A stretch of 64,000 nucleotides of DNA from Octopus sinensis. Its lineage: Eukaryota. Below the pieces are notes generated by a model, which had not been told where the DNA came from, made no database searches, and worked only from the letters and a program-made list of their open reading frames with translations. The translations under genes and the position numbers were made by a program. Where the stretch lies: NCBI RefSeq assembly GCF_006345805.1, contig NC_042999.1, positions 87,482,001-87,546,000 on the forward strand. The letters run 5' to 3'. Of this stretch, positions 12,466 through 26,810 are shown in pieces (position 1 is the stretch's first letter; each line of letters begins with the position of its first letter).

Positions 12466-14059
12466 CATATATATATATATATATATATAATATATATATC
12501 GCGATGCAAATAACCTGGTGTTAGAATTCAATGAACATATCCCTCAGAAAAAATCATTAGTCGAACACAAAGCGTAATAAGAGATTATATAAATGACTAG
12601 GGAGGAAGAAATGCATGTAATGAACTTTATTTGCTAACAGCTGTTTCTGTTATATGATGCAATGCACCTTGTTGAATGCTTCTGTATCGCCTTGTAGCAG
12701 AAAGAGATGTAAGCAAATGAAGTATATTTCATAATCTCTTGTTCCTTTGTAATTTAGTCTCTTAGAAGCACACACACACACATACACACGCGCGCGCGCA
12801 CCCACACAGACAGATTTTGTCGCTAGAGCGTTCGTTCTTGCAATATACACTCATACGTATATATATATATAAACGCACTCACACAATCTATATTTATAAA
12901 CAATCATGAAAATATGCATTAAGGGCGGTTGCTGATGTTAGCTAACACAAGACTTTATTTGAATTCACTTTTCTTGGTTAACATCTGACTGCTGATTTAT
13001 CAATTATATCTGCTGGATGTTCCCTGTCTGTTTGTTGTATGGATAACCATACATATTTTGACACTACACTGCTGACTGCATCCTCTCTCATAGTGTCGAA
13101 CGACAATATGCCTCAGTACAAAGTCATATATTTCAAAGACTGTGATTGTAAGACTAGCATACTTTCTCAGAATATTAGCAGTATAAAATGAAATGAATTA
13201 TTCAACCTCGAATACATACTGGTTCATGGGAAGCAATCATAGATTTGAAGCAAGTAAGGACATGCATGAGCAATACGTATTGATGAATTCAGAGAGGGGA
13301 ACCCATAACTTATTCTGGTGTTAGCCAGCATTTAATTTCTGTCGACTTCTCACACCATTATTATTCTCTGCTGTCTCTCTCTCCCTCTCTCTCTCACACA
13401 CACAAACGCACACACACAAACTCACTCGCATATACTTATACACACCATTAATCTTGCAAGTCTCACACATTCTTGCCTTGTTTATTCATTTATAAGCGAC
13501 GTCAAACGTTAATATGAGCATTTCATATTAATTTAAATATTATCTGCTTTCCTGCATTTCTCCACTTCTTTTCAGTAAATCTTCAACAGGTCAATACACA
13601 TTCATTTCCGACGAATATCATCAGGAAAGCTTTGCTACATTCATAATCTAACTTCTCTGTTTAATTCTTCGATCTACTTCCTGCACTCTAGATGGGTACA
13701 TCAAATTTACAAGTCTTTGTTGTCCGTCAACTACTATTTAAGTAAAGTTCAGTTGAGCTCTTCATTAATTCTTTCCTGCAATTTACTGCTAGTGTTCAGT
13801 GATCTGGAAAGGTAGCGGTCCCACTAGTTTGACATACTCTCAAACCAACCAACATCTGTAAAATCTGATGCCCTATAAGCTGAGCTGATGCTTTATCGTT
13901 AGTTGCTAGAAAGAGTTGCCAAGTCTTCCTTTAGTCACACTTTAATATCTTAAATACTTTAGGACATATTGAATAACGTAGTCTTAGAAGCTCTGTTTCT
14001 GATGACACGACAGAGTGGGCATGGCCGGAAAAGTTTTGCTTTACAAACTTTCATCGAAT

Positions 14060-14275
14060 TAACCATTTTGAGTTACTGGACGTTTTTGTTTCACCAGGTA
14101 TAGTTCATGCTTTTGATTATTACACCAAACTGAGTTCAAATTCTGCCGCAGACAACTTTGCCTTTCATCCTTTCGGTGTCGATAAAATAAGCACCAGTTA
14201 AGCGTTGGGGTCGATGTAATCGACTTACCTTCCTCTCCCGAACTCGCTGGCCTTGTGCCAAAATTTGAAACCATT
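14060..14275 (+). mobile_element. SINE fragment (monomer with ggccttgtgccaaaatttgaaac tail)
   Basis: gagttcaaattctgccgcagacaactttgcctttcatcctttcggtgtcgataaaataagcaccag...ggccttgtgccaaaatttgaaacc. Confidence 0.7.
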
Positions 14276-14728
14276 ATTACTCGAAACCCATAAAACCAGT
14301 TTATTTTCTTAAATAACTATATGAATTAATTGTTTTTTTTGCCCAGCTTTAATGAACAAATCTAGAATCAAATGATTTTCAACTCTGACATCGACATTTT
14401 TTTCTCAGGCGGTAATGTGAAATTTATGGGAAATTTTGCTGTTAGTTTTTAGCAGGTCGATCAGCTGCGTTGGGGCTTCTTTGTTGACAAAGTGGGGACA
14501 CACACACACGCACACAAACACACGCACACACAGACATGCACGCACGCACCCACTCACTCATACAATTACTTTCATACACGTCTTCACCTCCCTACATGTT
14601 GAATTTTTACAGATAAATATGCACCAACCGTAACAAGCTTCGTCTTCTTTGTGTTTTCATTTACTTTAAGTGTATCGTATGTTCATGTAAACATTATATG
14701 TACCCTATGTACATGTAAAAAACTTATG

Positions 14729-14802
<74 letters not shown>

Positions 14803-14899
14803 CAAAATATTGGTAGCACATGGATCTATAAGAACCTCACCACAACCCGTTTCAAGATTCAGAAACATGTAATCAAACTGTTGTTATCATAATTCCCTT

Positions 14900-15690
14900 T
14901 TAAAGCTACCAGGGATAATTGTTCCTAATATAAGCACAGGACCAGAAATCTGGAAGCTGGGGTTACGTGGTTATATCATACTAGGCTATTGATATACTTT
15001 TTAGATCACGGTGTGATGATAGGCAAAATTGATTTCGGCAGGATTTGAACTCAGAATGTAGAAAGGCAGATGAAATACCGCAAAGTATTTTTGTTCCATG
15101 CTCTAACGATTCTGTCAATCAATTGTTCTCATAAGAGTTGTTTGTAATTTCAGTAAAAGACTAGTAATTTACGCGAGGGAAACAGTAAATATCAAGCGTA
15201 GTATTTGAATAGTACTTAATTTATAAAATAAAGTACCATTCAAACGTTGGGCTCGAACCCAGAATGTAGAGAACCGAGGTAAATACTGCAATGCGTTTTT
15301 TTCCCAACATCTTGACGAATCCGTAAATTCATCACCCTAAGAATGATTTTGAAGTTTGGCACAAGGCCAGCATTTTCGAGGAGGGTGTAAGTCGATTACA
15401 TCGACCCCCAAAATGATGAAAGGCAAATTCGACCTCGGCGGAATTTGAACTCAGAACATAAAGACAGACGATATGCTGCTAAACTCTTTGCCCGGTGTGC
15501 TGACGATTCTGCCAGCTCATCGCCTTATTTCCTACCCTAATAATAATTTCGAGTTTAGGTACAAGTCCGACAATTGTTTGTGGGTGAGATAATCGATCAT
15601 ATCGCCCCCAGTACTTGCTTGTTCCTTTATTTTATGAACATCAGAAGGCTAAAAGAGGAAGTCAAACTCGCTGGAGAATGTAAAGGATGT
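14900..15690 (-). mobile_element. Cluster of three to four decayed SINE copies of the same family
   Basis: Repeated ggcaaa...cggcggaatttgaactcagaa...gattctgccagctc motifs at about 15020-15120, 15240-15330, 15345-15530 and 15545-15690. Confidence 0.65.
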
Positions 15691-15699
15691 CGTATCAGT

Positions 15700-15925
15700 T
15701 GTTGTTTGACCCCAAATCACTTCTAACCGAAGGTCTTTATGGGCAAAGATATCCAACCTTGAACATGCAATCTCTTTTGGCGTATCTTTATTTCTATTCC
15801 AATAGCATATCAGTTCTGTTTTTGCTAGCTCTCCGCTCAACCCTTCTTCATTTCTGTAAGAGGACACGCTTTTAGAAGCAGACTCCTGGATCCTTCTCAA
15901 GGCGCAACATAGCCATTGAGAGAGA
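15700..15925 (-). mobile_element. 3' end of an RTE-like LINE (ORF C-terminus, 3' UTR, (AAC)n tail)
   Basis: Minus strand reads GLSGELAKTELICYW (like the RTE GL.EE.A.DR..W terminus), then a short UTR ending gtgatttggggtcaaacaacaac. Confidence 0.45.
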
Positions 15926-15940
15926 TAGAAAGATAGAAAG

Positions 15941-15978
<38 letters not shown>

Positions 15979-16843
15979 GTAGAGAGAGAGAGAGAGGTAG
16001 AAAGAGAGCGAGAGAGAGAGAATAGACCCATCCGGAAGGATAAAACGAAAAGTTGAGCTCGTCGAGATTGAACTGATATATGAGGGCTGGAGCAAATATC
16101 GCAAGGCATTCTGTCCAACACTGCAAATTCGCAACCTTTTTTCTGTATACGTTGGACTAAATTATCTAATGTGTCCTTTCTTTTTCCAAGACCCCAGGGT
16201 ACGATTTGAAGAATGTTTGGCCTCTATTTCTAACAGCTAGGTGACCGTCTAGGTATTTTCTAGTTCTAGTTGTAATTTACACTAGTCACTGTTTCAGAGT
16301 GAACTTCCTCTGCAACATTAAAATATTCCTCTGCAACATTAAAATAGAAAACAAAAAAGCAAAACAAATCAAAAACAAACAAGAACAAACGGGCACACTT
16401 ATGCCAATAGGTGCGATATATTATGGCTTGGATTACAATGTTCAAATTTGATAGTTTTCAAACAAGTTGATACGATAATCAGGTTTTGATTTCAGCTCTT
16501 TTAAAAATAAATTTTAGAATTAGTATCAAGCAGAACCCCTAGAGGTTTAAATTGAAGAATGAATGTACTAATAGCTGCAAAGCAAAGTCATATAAAGAAG
16601 GGATATTAGATGCATCCAGGTTTCTTCTGTTATCATCAGCAATGTGGATGTTTCATATTCAATTTCAAGCCGAATGGAAATGTTTCAAAGATAATACCAC
16701 ACAAAAATGTTGCCCACATTGATAGCATATTGTATCAGACGGATGAATACTTGTAAGCTAATACACACACCTTAAGTGTGTGTGTGTGTATGTATATATG
16801 TATTTATGTATGTATGTATGTAGACTGTATGTGAACGTGTGCG

Positions 16844-16874
<31 letters not shown>

Positions 16875-17130
16875 AAACACACACATATATATCTAAATAT
16901 ATATATGCGCTAGGTTTTTTTATTGTTATTTTTTATTCTTTTATTTTTTCTGCCACAGCCATCTGGCATTTGTATATCTATACGTATCTATACATAAGCC
17001 GCTAGTGTTTGTACACATGTGTACGAGTGTTTGTGTATGTGAATATGTTAATGTGCATCTATGCCTATGTGTGTGTGTGTTGGTACACTTGTGTATGTGT
17101 AGATATGTGTGTGATGTGCGTGTTCGTATA

Positions 17131-17163
<33 letters not shown>

Positions 17164-17238
17164 GCGTGTATATATATATATATGCGTGTATATATATATA
17201 TATATATTATATATTATATATATATATATATATAATAT

Positions 17239-17290
<52 letters not shown>

Positions 17291-17725
17291 ATTATATATA
17301 TATATATATATAGTGTTAGGTATGGCGTACAGATACACACACACACATAAACGGTTTTCAAATTGACAGGCTCAAAAGCGTAGAAGTATAGAGAGAACAA
17401 ACAACAAACAAAGAAATGTACACTAGAACTTTGAAGGTCTAACAAAAAAGCAATCTGATGTTCATTTATATATATTTATTTATTTACTTATCCATATGAT
17501 TGTAATTAATAAATAGATCTGACTGATGTTTGTAAGTTGATATTTGTCAACTATCTTCTCCATTTTCTTTTTTGCCTTATAAATTTTGAGTAAACTTTTG
17601 CTTACCGCCACTCATACCTATTATTCAATTGTGTTATTGCTTTACAACAGTAAGCATTATCCAGTAATATATTGGATATTTATTATCCCTTAGATGGTTG
17701 TTTAACCTCTAACTCATATATATAT

Positions 17726-17799
<74 letters not shown>

Positions 17800-18089
17800 T
17801 ATATATATGGACTCTCACGGCGTTAGACGACGTATGAGAGTTCGACAATTTCTTACCGAACAGCCACATTGATGATTTGTTTATAGTGATCAAATGTTTG
17901 TGTAGACATAAGCTCACTCTCTCCATCATATCCCCATTACCTGTACAGGTGCAACAAATGCCACATGTCAGAAGTGCAAATGATCGCAGAGCAACGTGAA
18001 ATGAAGTGCTTTGGCCTAGAACACAACGCAACGACAGGTGTGAGAATCGAACCCACGATCTCCAAACACCTTAACCACTAAGCCATGCG

Positions 18090-18141
<52 letters not shown>

Positions 18142-18718
18142 TTAGCAGATCAAATATACCTGAAAAAGCTGAGATCACGATGCCGCATCAATTTAGAGTT
18201 ACGTTCTTTCACTTATTTTACACCACTATAATATAATTTCAAATTAAGAAACCCCAGTACTTGACTGAGACATTATTTTATTGACTTCGGAAAGATGGAA
18301 GGCAAAGCTGACGTCGCCAGGAATATAACTCAGAAAGTAAAGAGCTGCAAGAAAACATACTAGTATGACTTTCCTGACTTCAAACATTTTCTTTCCTCTA
18401 TAAGGAATGGGACAATTGTGAAACTGGAATGTTTACTCTGTGGTTATATTCAAGAAGAAAATACCCTGCTGATGTGATTAGACTTATGTTTAATGAATAT
18501 AGGTCTAACCACATGGGTCAACATTTTATATAGGTCAACTGTATTTTACACAACTTTGGGGCTTCTTTGTAATAAAGATATGATCTCATAAACAGCAAAT
18601 ATATGAGCATTATGTGTAAATATGGTATATCTGTAACACGCATGCGTACACTCAAAGTTGACAGTCAATATATATTATACATACATACATACATATATAC
18701 ATATATATATATATGTAA

Positions 18719-18796
<78 letters not shown>

Positions 18797-19083
18797 TAGA
18801 TAGATAGATAGATAGATAGACACATACATACATACATGCATACATACATACATACATACATATATAGTTGAAATTTACAGAAAAACAAAAGACGAAGACA
18901 GGTGTATGAACAACAAGCAGGTGGTGTATTAGTTTGACGCTCGGGAAGGTGAGAAAGTCTTTTACATTTTGAGCCTACGCTCTTCAACAGAAAGGAACAC
19001 AAGGAAATAAACAGAGAAAGAATTAAAAATATCTCGTGGATTTAGCACTCAATTACGGCGACTGTTTGTGTGTGAATATCTAT

Positions 19084-19242
<159 letters not shown>

Positions 19243-19530
19243 GCTATATAAACAATATCTGTCAATCTATATAAACAGATTTAGCAGTTATAGTAACCGA
19301 CTAAGGGATAAAATATCGGTATATACTATCAGTACTGTTAAGATACACAAGAGTGCTATTATAGTAGATTATCTCGGTAACCATGGGAGCTATGAAAAAT
19401 ATACAAAGCCTAGCATCACTACCGAATAATTCTACACATCTGTGTAATTTTTCATGCAATTCCACCCAGCCGTTTGACCGTGAATCCCAAGACAAGAAAG
19501 AATCGCCCTTGTCAAATTTATATATATAGA

Positions 19531-19601
<71 letters not shown>

Positions 19602-19924
19602 ATGTATAAATGCATACAAATATTCGTATATACATATGTATTTATTCGTATATATATATTTAGGATTTAACAACAACAAAAGGATAGTATTGTTTTTAAT
19701 CTATGCAGAAGGCCAACAATTTGAAGGAGTATCAGTCAATATAGTCGTCTCTAGTAGTGGTCTGGTATGGATAAGTCTGTTACATCAACTGCAGTGCTCT
19801 ACTGGTACTTAAATATCGACCCCAAAAGGATGAAAGGTGGAATTTGAACTCAAAATGTAAAGCCGTACGAAATGCTGCTAGGCAATTTGGCCGGCGTGCT
19901 AACGATTCTGCCAGCTCGGCGACT

Positions 19925-19925
19925 T

Positions 19926-19984
<59 letters not shown>

Positions 19985-20040
19985 TAATAATAATAATGAT
20001 AATAAAAATAATAATAATAATAATAATAGTAATAATAATA

Positions 20041-20103
<63 letters not shown>
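19925..20103. repeat. (AAT)n microsatellite
   Basis: Direct reading; it explains the poly-N and poly-I ORFs. Confidence 0.95.
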
Positions 20104-20106
20104 TTT

Positions 20107-20462
20107 TGTATTATAGGCTCAAGGCCTCGAACTTTTGGAAAGGGGATGAGTCGTTTACATCGAAAGGATGAAAGGTAAAGTCGACCCCGGCGGCATTTGA
20201 ACTCAGAACATGAAAACAGACGAAATACATATTTCTTTACTACCCACAAGGGGCTAAACACAGAGAGGATAAACAAGGAGAGACAAACGGATTAAGTCGA
20301 TTATATCGACCCCAGTGCGTAACTGGTACTTATTTAATCAACCCCGAAAGGATGAAAGGCAAAGTCGACCTCGGCGGAATTTGAACTCAGAACGTAAAGA
20401 CAGAAGAAATACGGCTACGCATTTCGCCCGGCATGCTAACGTTTCTGCCAGCTCACCGCCTT
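20107..20462 (-). mobile_element. Dimeric SINE, same family and junction
   Basis: Same two-monomer layout, junction gaaatac|atatttc at about 20228, inserted in (AAT)n. Confidence 0.8.
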
Positions 20463-20501
20463 CATAATAACAATAATGATAATAATAATAATAATAACGA
20501 C

Positions 20502-20533
<32 letters not shown>

Positions 20534-20534
20534 C

Positions 20535-20567
<33 letters not shown>

Positions 20568-22179
20568 AATGATGATGATACTTTGGCGAAATTTAGAAGC
20601 ACCTGAAAAGCTGATACAAGTTTTTCCAAGAGATACTGTTACGTTGCAGTTGATTTTGCGCCAATTCAACACAGCATTTGTTTTCCGGTAGTTTTCTCAT
20701 GAGTTATGTTAAGCAGTAACCTACGATCCAAAATTAGAACGTATACAGATTGATAAACATTACACTTTATATTCTGACCTTTGCTTTATGTTATGTGTAC
20801 ATACTAGAAACGCATACGAGAGTTGATAAGACTTTAACACTTACCAGCGTTAAACTTATACTTAAAAAAGAAAATCTACTTGAAACGTATACATAAATTA
20901 AGTATGAATCATTCAATTTTATAATTTATTTTATCAACTAACATGAATTTCAGTACCCGTTAGGTGTGTCCGATACACTGAAGATTATTATAACGCTTTT
21001 GCTATAATGAAGACTGACAGCAGTGTAATTGCTTACAGACATACATATATACATACATACATACATACATACATACATACATACATACATACATACACAG
21101 ATGTATATCATCATCGTCTACACGAGAAAGAAAGTTAGTCGAAAAGTAAAATATCTTGTCTGAAAAATAATTATACAACGGCAAGAATAGATATGCGCTT
21201 GCAGCGAGAGCGAAGTAGCTTGCTTCTTCGAAATGTAGCTAGTGGTTTTAGTGGGAAGTTACTTGGCAAGGTCATCTTTGTTGCAGTATAACTATGAACC
21301 CATTCTCCCCCTCGCCACCCCACCCTCACCCCGCCGCTTTCGTTTATTTTTCTTTTTAACCGTAACTGATAATATATTCCCCTCTAAGACCGCCTATTCC
21401 TTTAAGAAAAACACAACTATGGCCATCTAAATATTTCATCATAACCAATACAGCGTCTTATGGCTTCCAATAGAATTGCGGTGAATGCTACTGCTGCTGC
21501 TGCGACTACTAATACTTCAAAAATAAGAATTAATCGATATTTCTTTGAATGTTGAATCCTACCTGATTTTATAGAAAATTTGGGCGGTACCGAACATCGA
21601 ACAAACCCATGAGTATTTGCCTAATTTAATATGCACCCAGTAGCTTTTACTGTATACACACCAAGTTTACTATGAAAGTAGTTCAACTATTACTTTCTAT
21701 GAGAAACAATGAGACTAAGTCTTATTTGGAATTGATTATGTGCTGAGGGCGTTGATGTTAGTTGTAAAGACACCCCACCCTCGAAAAACTACAACAACAA
21801 GAAAAAGAAAAACAAACAAATTGAACCAAAACATAAACCCCGTGTCTAACCTCACCTCAATCAAGGGATCTAATCGTAGATAACGGTACGATTTCCTGTT
21901 TTGTTTTGAATGTAAAAAAATTATATTTCTCTGGTTGTTTACTTATGTGTATTAGGATGTTGTTTATGCATTTATAATGACATCATAATGAAAGAGATTG
22001 AAGTGATGACAAATGAATATTAATGCAACAAAACCAAGTTAAATGATTGAGTTAACAAACATACGCACACAGACACACAAACACACGCACACGCGCGAGC
22101 ACGCTATACATAAACATACATAAAATATATGAATCACACACGCACACACACTGATATCTTTACACATACATACAACACA

Positions 22180-22235
<56 letters not shown>

Positions 22236-23019
22236 ATATATGTATGTATGTATATACATATATATATATACATATATACGTTCATTGTTGGTAAAGAGAA
22301 AGAGAGGTGTGAGATGAGAGAAGAAAGAGAAAGAGGGAAAGATATAGTGAAAAATTGTCTCATTCCACTTCAGTTCAGTCAAAAGTTTATGAAGAAATTG
22401 AGAATTTTTGAAGAAAGCGATAGATCTTATATTATTTGAAAATATATTGCCTATATCTATTTTTGTAAACGTATATGTTTGATTTTTATGGCGCCTATGG
22501 TCTAGCTTTTTCCTAACCAACTTTACAATATTATTTAGCTCTGCAGTAGAGGATTGCTTGTTTTGTATTTAAAAAAAACAACAACAACTTTAAAGTGTTA
22601 TAAAGGAGTAATTGTTCTTGATTTGTAATGTTTGCTACAGGCGTCATGCATAATTAGCAAACTTCCTTATTCCGCAGAATTTTTAATTAATTTTATTTCA
22701 TGAAAATATTCTGCTTTGGTTGAAAACAACCGTGATTGTGCAGGTGTACCTTAAAAGTCATTTTAACTGTGATCATCCTGTACTTCTAGAAGTATCCAAG
22801 ACTACAAAATATAATATGTGCTTTTTTTTTAAACCTACGATATTACATTGTGATTCAGGGGAAACTTGGCTGCTTTTTCTAGCAGGTTATACGATTTAGC
22901 TTAGTCACAAGTTACAAACATTTTGTAAATGCTATGTTTTTAAATGAAAAGTACAGTTAATTTGTTTAAAATTTGTGTTTTATATTATGTATCTTTAAGT
23001 CTTAATATTCATTAGAAAT

Positions 23020-23225
23020 TTCACGGTGTCAAGCTGGCAGAATCGTTAGCGCATCAAGCAAAATCCATAACAGCGTTACGTTCTAAGTTCCAATTCCACC
23101 AAGGTCCACTTTACATTTTATTCGTTCAGAAACATAAAACTAAGTACCAGGTGAGGACTTGGGTCGATGTATTCAATTTACTTCCTCTCCTGAATTTGCG
23201 GGCCGTGTGCCAAAATTTGAAACCT
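23020..23225 (+). mobile_element. SINE copy
   Basis: aagctggcagaatcgttagc...gggtcgatgtattcaatttac...ggccgtgtgccaaaatttgaaac. Confidence 0.7.
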
Positions 23226-24346
23226 GTATCCATTAGTAATTTTCACAGTCATTTTGTCACAAATCCCAGTAAATTTGTCAGTTTTGAGCATGAATGAGTT
23301 CCATTTTTATATAATATCAATATATTACGGACTGTGTTCCCTGAAGAACTCATTTGTCACCAGATGCTGGGTGAACTGTTGTAAGTTAAATGAAGTGCAT
23401 TGTCCACAAATACAGCAATTTACCCGAAGTAATATATAAGTGATTTGCAAGCTGCAGTATCTTAGTGTATTTTCAGTTGTATACATTAAATATATAAATA
23501 TCAGTCATAAAACTACATTTAGTACAATCATATATATGAAAGTTATTAACACAAGGAGGACATTATAGTATCAGGACATGTAGATACTGGACGAAATAAC
23601 ACGTTACGTCTAGTTACGTCCCTTTATGTTCTAAGTTCCATCACGCTGTACCTTGACTTACGTCACTTTAAGTATATGTATCTGTAAACTCCTTTCCTTT
23701 ACATTTGTGATACTTACAATATAAAGCTGGGGTGTCCGTCATAGAGCTGACTAAATGCAATGCAATATTCAATTTCATCTCTCTTGGATATAAGTTCAAT
23801 TCCTGCCAGAGTTAGACTGGTTCTTCACTGATCGGTGAAATATAATACTAGTTGAATTCTGCTTTAGAGTAATTATATTATACTCAAAACTTGTGAAAAT
23901 TGGTATTGTGCATAGACAAACGCAATGAATAATCATTAATGGATGCACATAACTTCATAAACCACGCATACACCCGGTATTGTATATTCTCAGAATGTAG
24001 CTTTATTATCAGCTCACCTCATTTGTAATTATGGTAATTGTAGTCAGCCAGTGGCACCTTGACAAGAAGAATCTGTAGATGATAATTTGCTGGAAGCTGT
24101 GAATGTGTTTCTACAGCCGAAGTGGTGACAAATCCCTAGTAGCTATTTCTACATCTAAGTGGCATGATAAGACTATTATTACAGTAGCTGTTCATAACTA
24201 TAAAACGCACGCACACACACAGACGCACGCGCACACACACACACGCTCTCCCCCTCTCACACACATGCGCGCGCGCGTGCGCATTTAAATGTAAGCTTTA
24301 TGTAAGTTTTATACTCGGATTGTACAATATTCGGACGTGCTTGTTT

Positions 24347-24610
24347 TTAGATTGTAAAAAGGATATAAGTTCTTTCAGCTAAACAAAACCTGCACCTTCT
24401 TGACCCACTTGGTGGTGCTGGGATAATTTTCGCCTTCAGGTCCCAGATGTGACTGGCAAGGTTAGTGATATTCTTGTTTACGTGCCAGAAAGAATATGAG
24501 TGGTTGGTATAACTTCTTTTGAAGTTATTTTCACATAGTCCAGTATATTTTTTATATTCAGTTTTGTTGGGGAAGCAGCTGTAGGAAACTTTTGATAGAA
24601 TGTCTCTGTT
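24347..24610 (-). mobile_element. Penelope-like element GIY-YIG endonuclease fragment
   Basis: One open frame: KKYTGLCENNFKRSYTNHSYSFWHVNKNITNLASHIWDLKAKII...SGSRRCRFCLAERTYILF. This matches the PLE pattern YIG...FK.RY.NH..SF...L..HIW.LK...C.LCL.E...IL. Confidence 0.8.
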
Positions 24611-24647
24611 TTTTTTTGTTAGTATACCTTATGCTTATCTATAGCGG

Positions 24648-24764
24648 CTAGAAGTAATTCATATTCTTTTTAAATCTAAGAACTCCACCAACCTACTGAA
24701 TTCGAGATCGGAAATTTTCAAAGGATGTAAGCATTTCAACAAGTTCTGCTATCTAACTGGATAA
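24648..24764 (+). mobile_element. Penelope-like element ORF C-terminus, opposite orientation to the adjacent fragment
   Basis: Reads LEVIHILFKSKNSTNLLNSRSEIFKGCKHFNKFCYLTG*, matching the PLE terminal motif LLN.RSEI...C.H.NK. Confidence 0.7.
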
Positions 24765-25115
24765 CAGCATCCTTTTCGGGTTAGGCACACAAGCTTACAA
24801 ACTTTAGCCATCGGATTAACTTTACCAACAATTGTTAATTTAAATATAAATTTAAAAGTAACAAAAAGGGCACAGATCTTATCTCCCCTTTCCTCTACCC
24901 TTACTTTTCTCGGTCTTTCCTTTTTCCATCGTTGTTTTTTTTATTTTTCCCTTTCAATCTCGCCTTTTCTCTAAGAGCATGCATGTTTACTTTGAACCTG
25001 AAAGATTCCAAGATAGTACAAGCACGTCCGATTTCTGTACTATCTGACCATGAAACCTGTAGTGGGTGATATTTACATGTTTTCTGTTGATCATACAGTA
25101 CTATATATATATATA

Positions 25116-25540
25116 CAGGTCGTCGTTGACTTACGAACACAATTAGTTCCGACTGACTGGTCGTAAGTCGATTTGATCGTAAATCGGCCTATAGGCCTAC
25201 ATACCTTTGTTTTGTATTTTTACATTCTTAAGGTACATTCTTAAGGAACATTCTCAGGTAAAAGTCACACATAGCATTTTGCATTATGCTATTATACTGG
25301 CGTTAGTAAAAAATTCAGAGTCTCAAGCAGTCGTCTTATAAAGAAATACGAGGTTGCCTCGATGTCTCGGCGACAGGATAGACATACAACACAGTGGCGA
25401 TCGATAACCAAACTTAGGGGAAACGTTTGTTAGCTGACGTAGACGGCTTAAGAAATTAAACCCATTAGATTTCAACTGGACTGTTTATTATTGCTGCCGG
25501 GAGTTGGCGCGCCAATCGGTCGTAAGTCGACGACGACTTG
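25116..25540. mobile_element. Tigger/pogo-like MITE, about 425 bp
   Basis: 21-nt TIRs caggtcgtcgttgacttacga / tcgtaagtcgacgacgacttg (2 mismatches), TA on both sides, no coding capacity. Confidence 0.8.
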
Positions 25541-26354
25541 TATATATATAATACTTATAAACTAAGAACTTGTTGAATCGAACACCGAGTTTTTGATCAT
25601 CAGATGATAGTTTTCGTTTTATTAAGAAATATATCTTTCATAGATGCTTTTGCGATTGTTTTTCGGAAACGTGAAACTACAAGTGAAGTACTAAAGTTTT
25701 CAATTTATAATAACCAATGTAAACTCATAATGTTCACTTTGTAATATATAGTGCCATTCTTATTATTATTCGTGTGATTCTTAGTGACTAGCACACACAG
25801 ATACGTATGTTTGTACTAATATTTGTCTGTCTGTCTGTATGTATGTATGTATGCATGTATGTACATATGTGTGTATGTATGTGTGAATGTGTCTGTGTGC
25901 GTGTATGTCTCATTTAAACGTATATACATACGTACGTACGGATACATACAAACATTTAAACACACACACACACGCTCATGAATCTGCAATAACGGTTGGC
26001 CTATACTTCGGTGGGAATGTTTAATAAAACCGAAACATATATAGAGTTGTGTCACCGTACTGCTTAAAGATCACAACCACTCTCCACGGCATTCCAAAAT
26101 TAACTAACTTTAATTAATCTAAATTTCAGAGTTATAAACCTTGCGTTCCTGTTTTACTAGAGAATCAGTAATTTAGGTATTGTTATTGTGAGTAAGCCTA
26201 TAATGTTATTCAATTCAATTAATTAAAATATCTAGTTTATTACCGAAGATAATATAAGCATTTTATTAAATACTAGTGCACACACAGGTTTAGTGAAATA
26301 TTCAAACTCTCAAGATTATTCAAATATACATGTAATATATATTCTAGAGAAGTA

Positions 26355-26810
26355 AAGGCGGCGAGCTGGCAGAACCGTTAACATACCGGATGAATTGCTT
26401 AGTGGCATTTCATCCGTCTTTACGTTCTGCTTTCAAATTCCGCCGAGGTCGACTTTGCGTTTCATTCCTTTTGATCGATAAAATAAATACTTATTTCTTT
26501 ATTACCCACAAGGGGCTAAACATAGAGGGGACAAACAAGGAAAGACATAGGTATTAAGTCGATTACATCTGCCCCAGTGCGTAACTGGTACTTAATTTAT
26601 CGAGCTCGAAAGGATAAAAGGCAAAGTCGACCTCGGCGGAATTTGAACTCAGAATGCAGCGGCGGACGAAATACTGCAAAGCATTTTGCCCGGCGTGCTA
26701 ACGATTCTGCCAGCTCGCCGCCTTTAATAAAATAAATACCAGTTGAACACTGGGGTCGCTGTAATCGACGTACACCCTAATTCCTGGCCTTGTGCCAAAA
26801 ATTGAAACTA
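26355..26810. mobile_element. Nested inverted SINEs (minus copy 26491-26726 inside a plus copy)
   Basis: Plus-strand head at 26355; the inner reverse copy is flanked by TSD ataaaataaatac (26478-26490, 26727-26739); the outer copy resumes at 26740. Confidence 0.8.

Noticed and set aside
12990-13200. Minus-strand frame ASLTITVFEIYDFVLRHIV..., reminiscent of a DEG/ENaC TM2 end
   Set aside because: The spacing is off by one residue, the GLF.GAS motif is absent, and no other ENaC exons were found upstream on that strand.
13600-13640. Other CTGATGA...GAAA occurrences (13.6 kb minus strand, 14.0 kb, 25.05 kb, 59.2 kb)
   Set aside because: Stems I-III cannot be formed or core positions are wrong, unlike the 8857-8916 case.
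17925-18090. tRNA-like sequences with A and B boxes (also at 38330 and 50900)
   Set aside because: They are SINE heads continuing into SINE body; no complete cloverleaf could be drawn.
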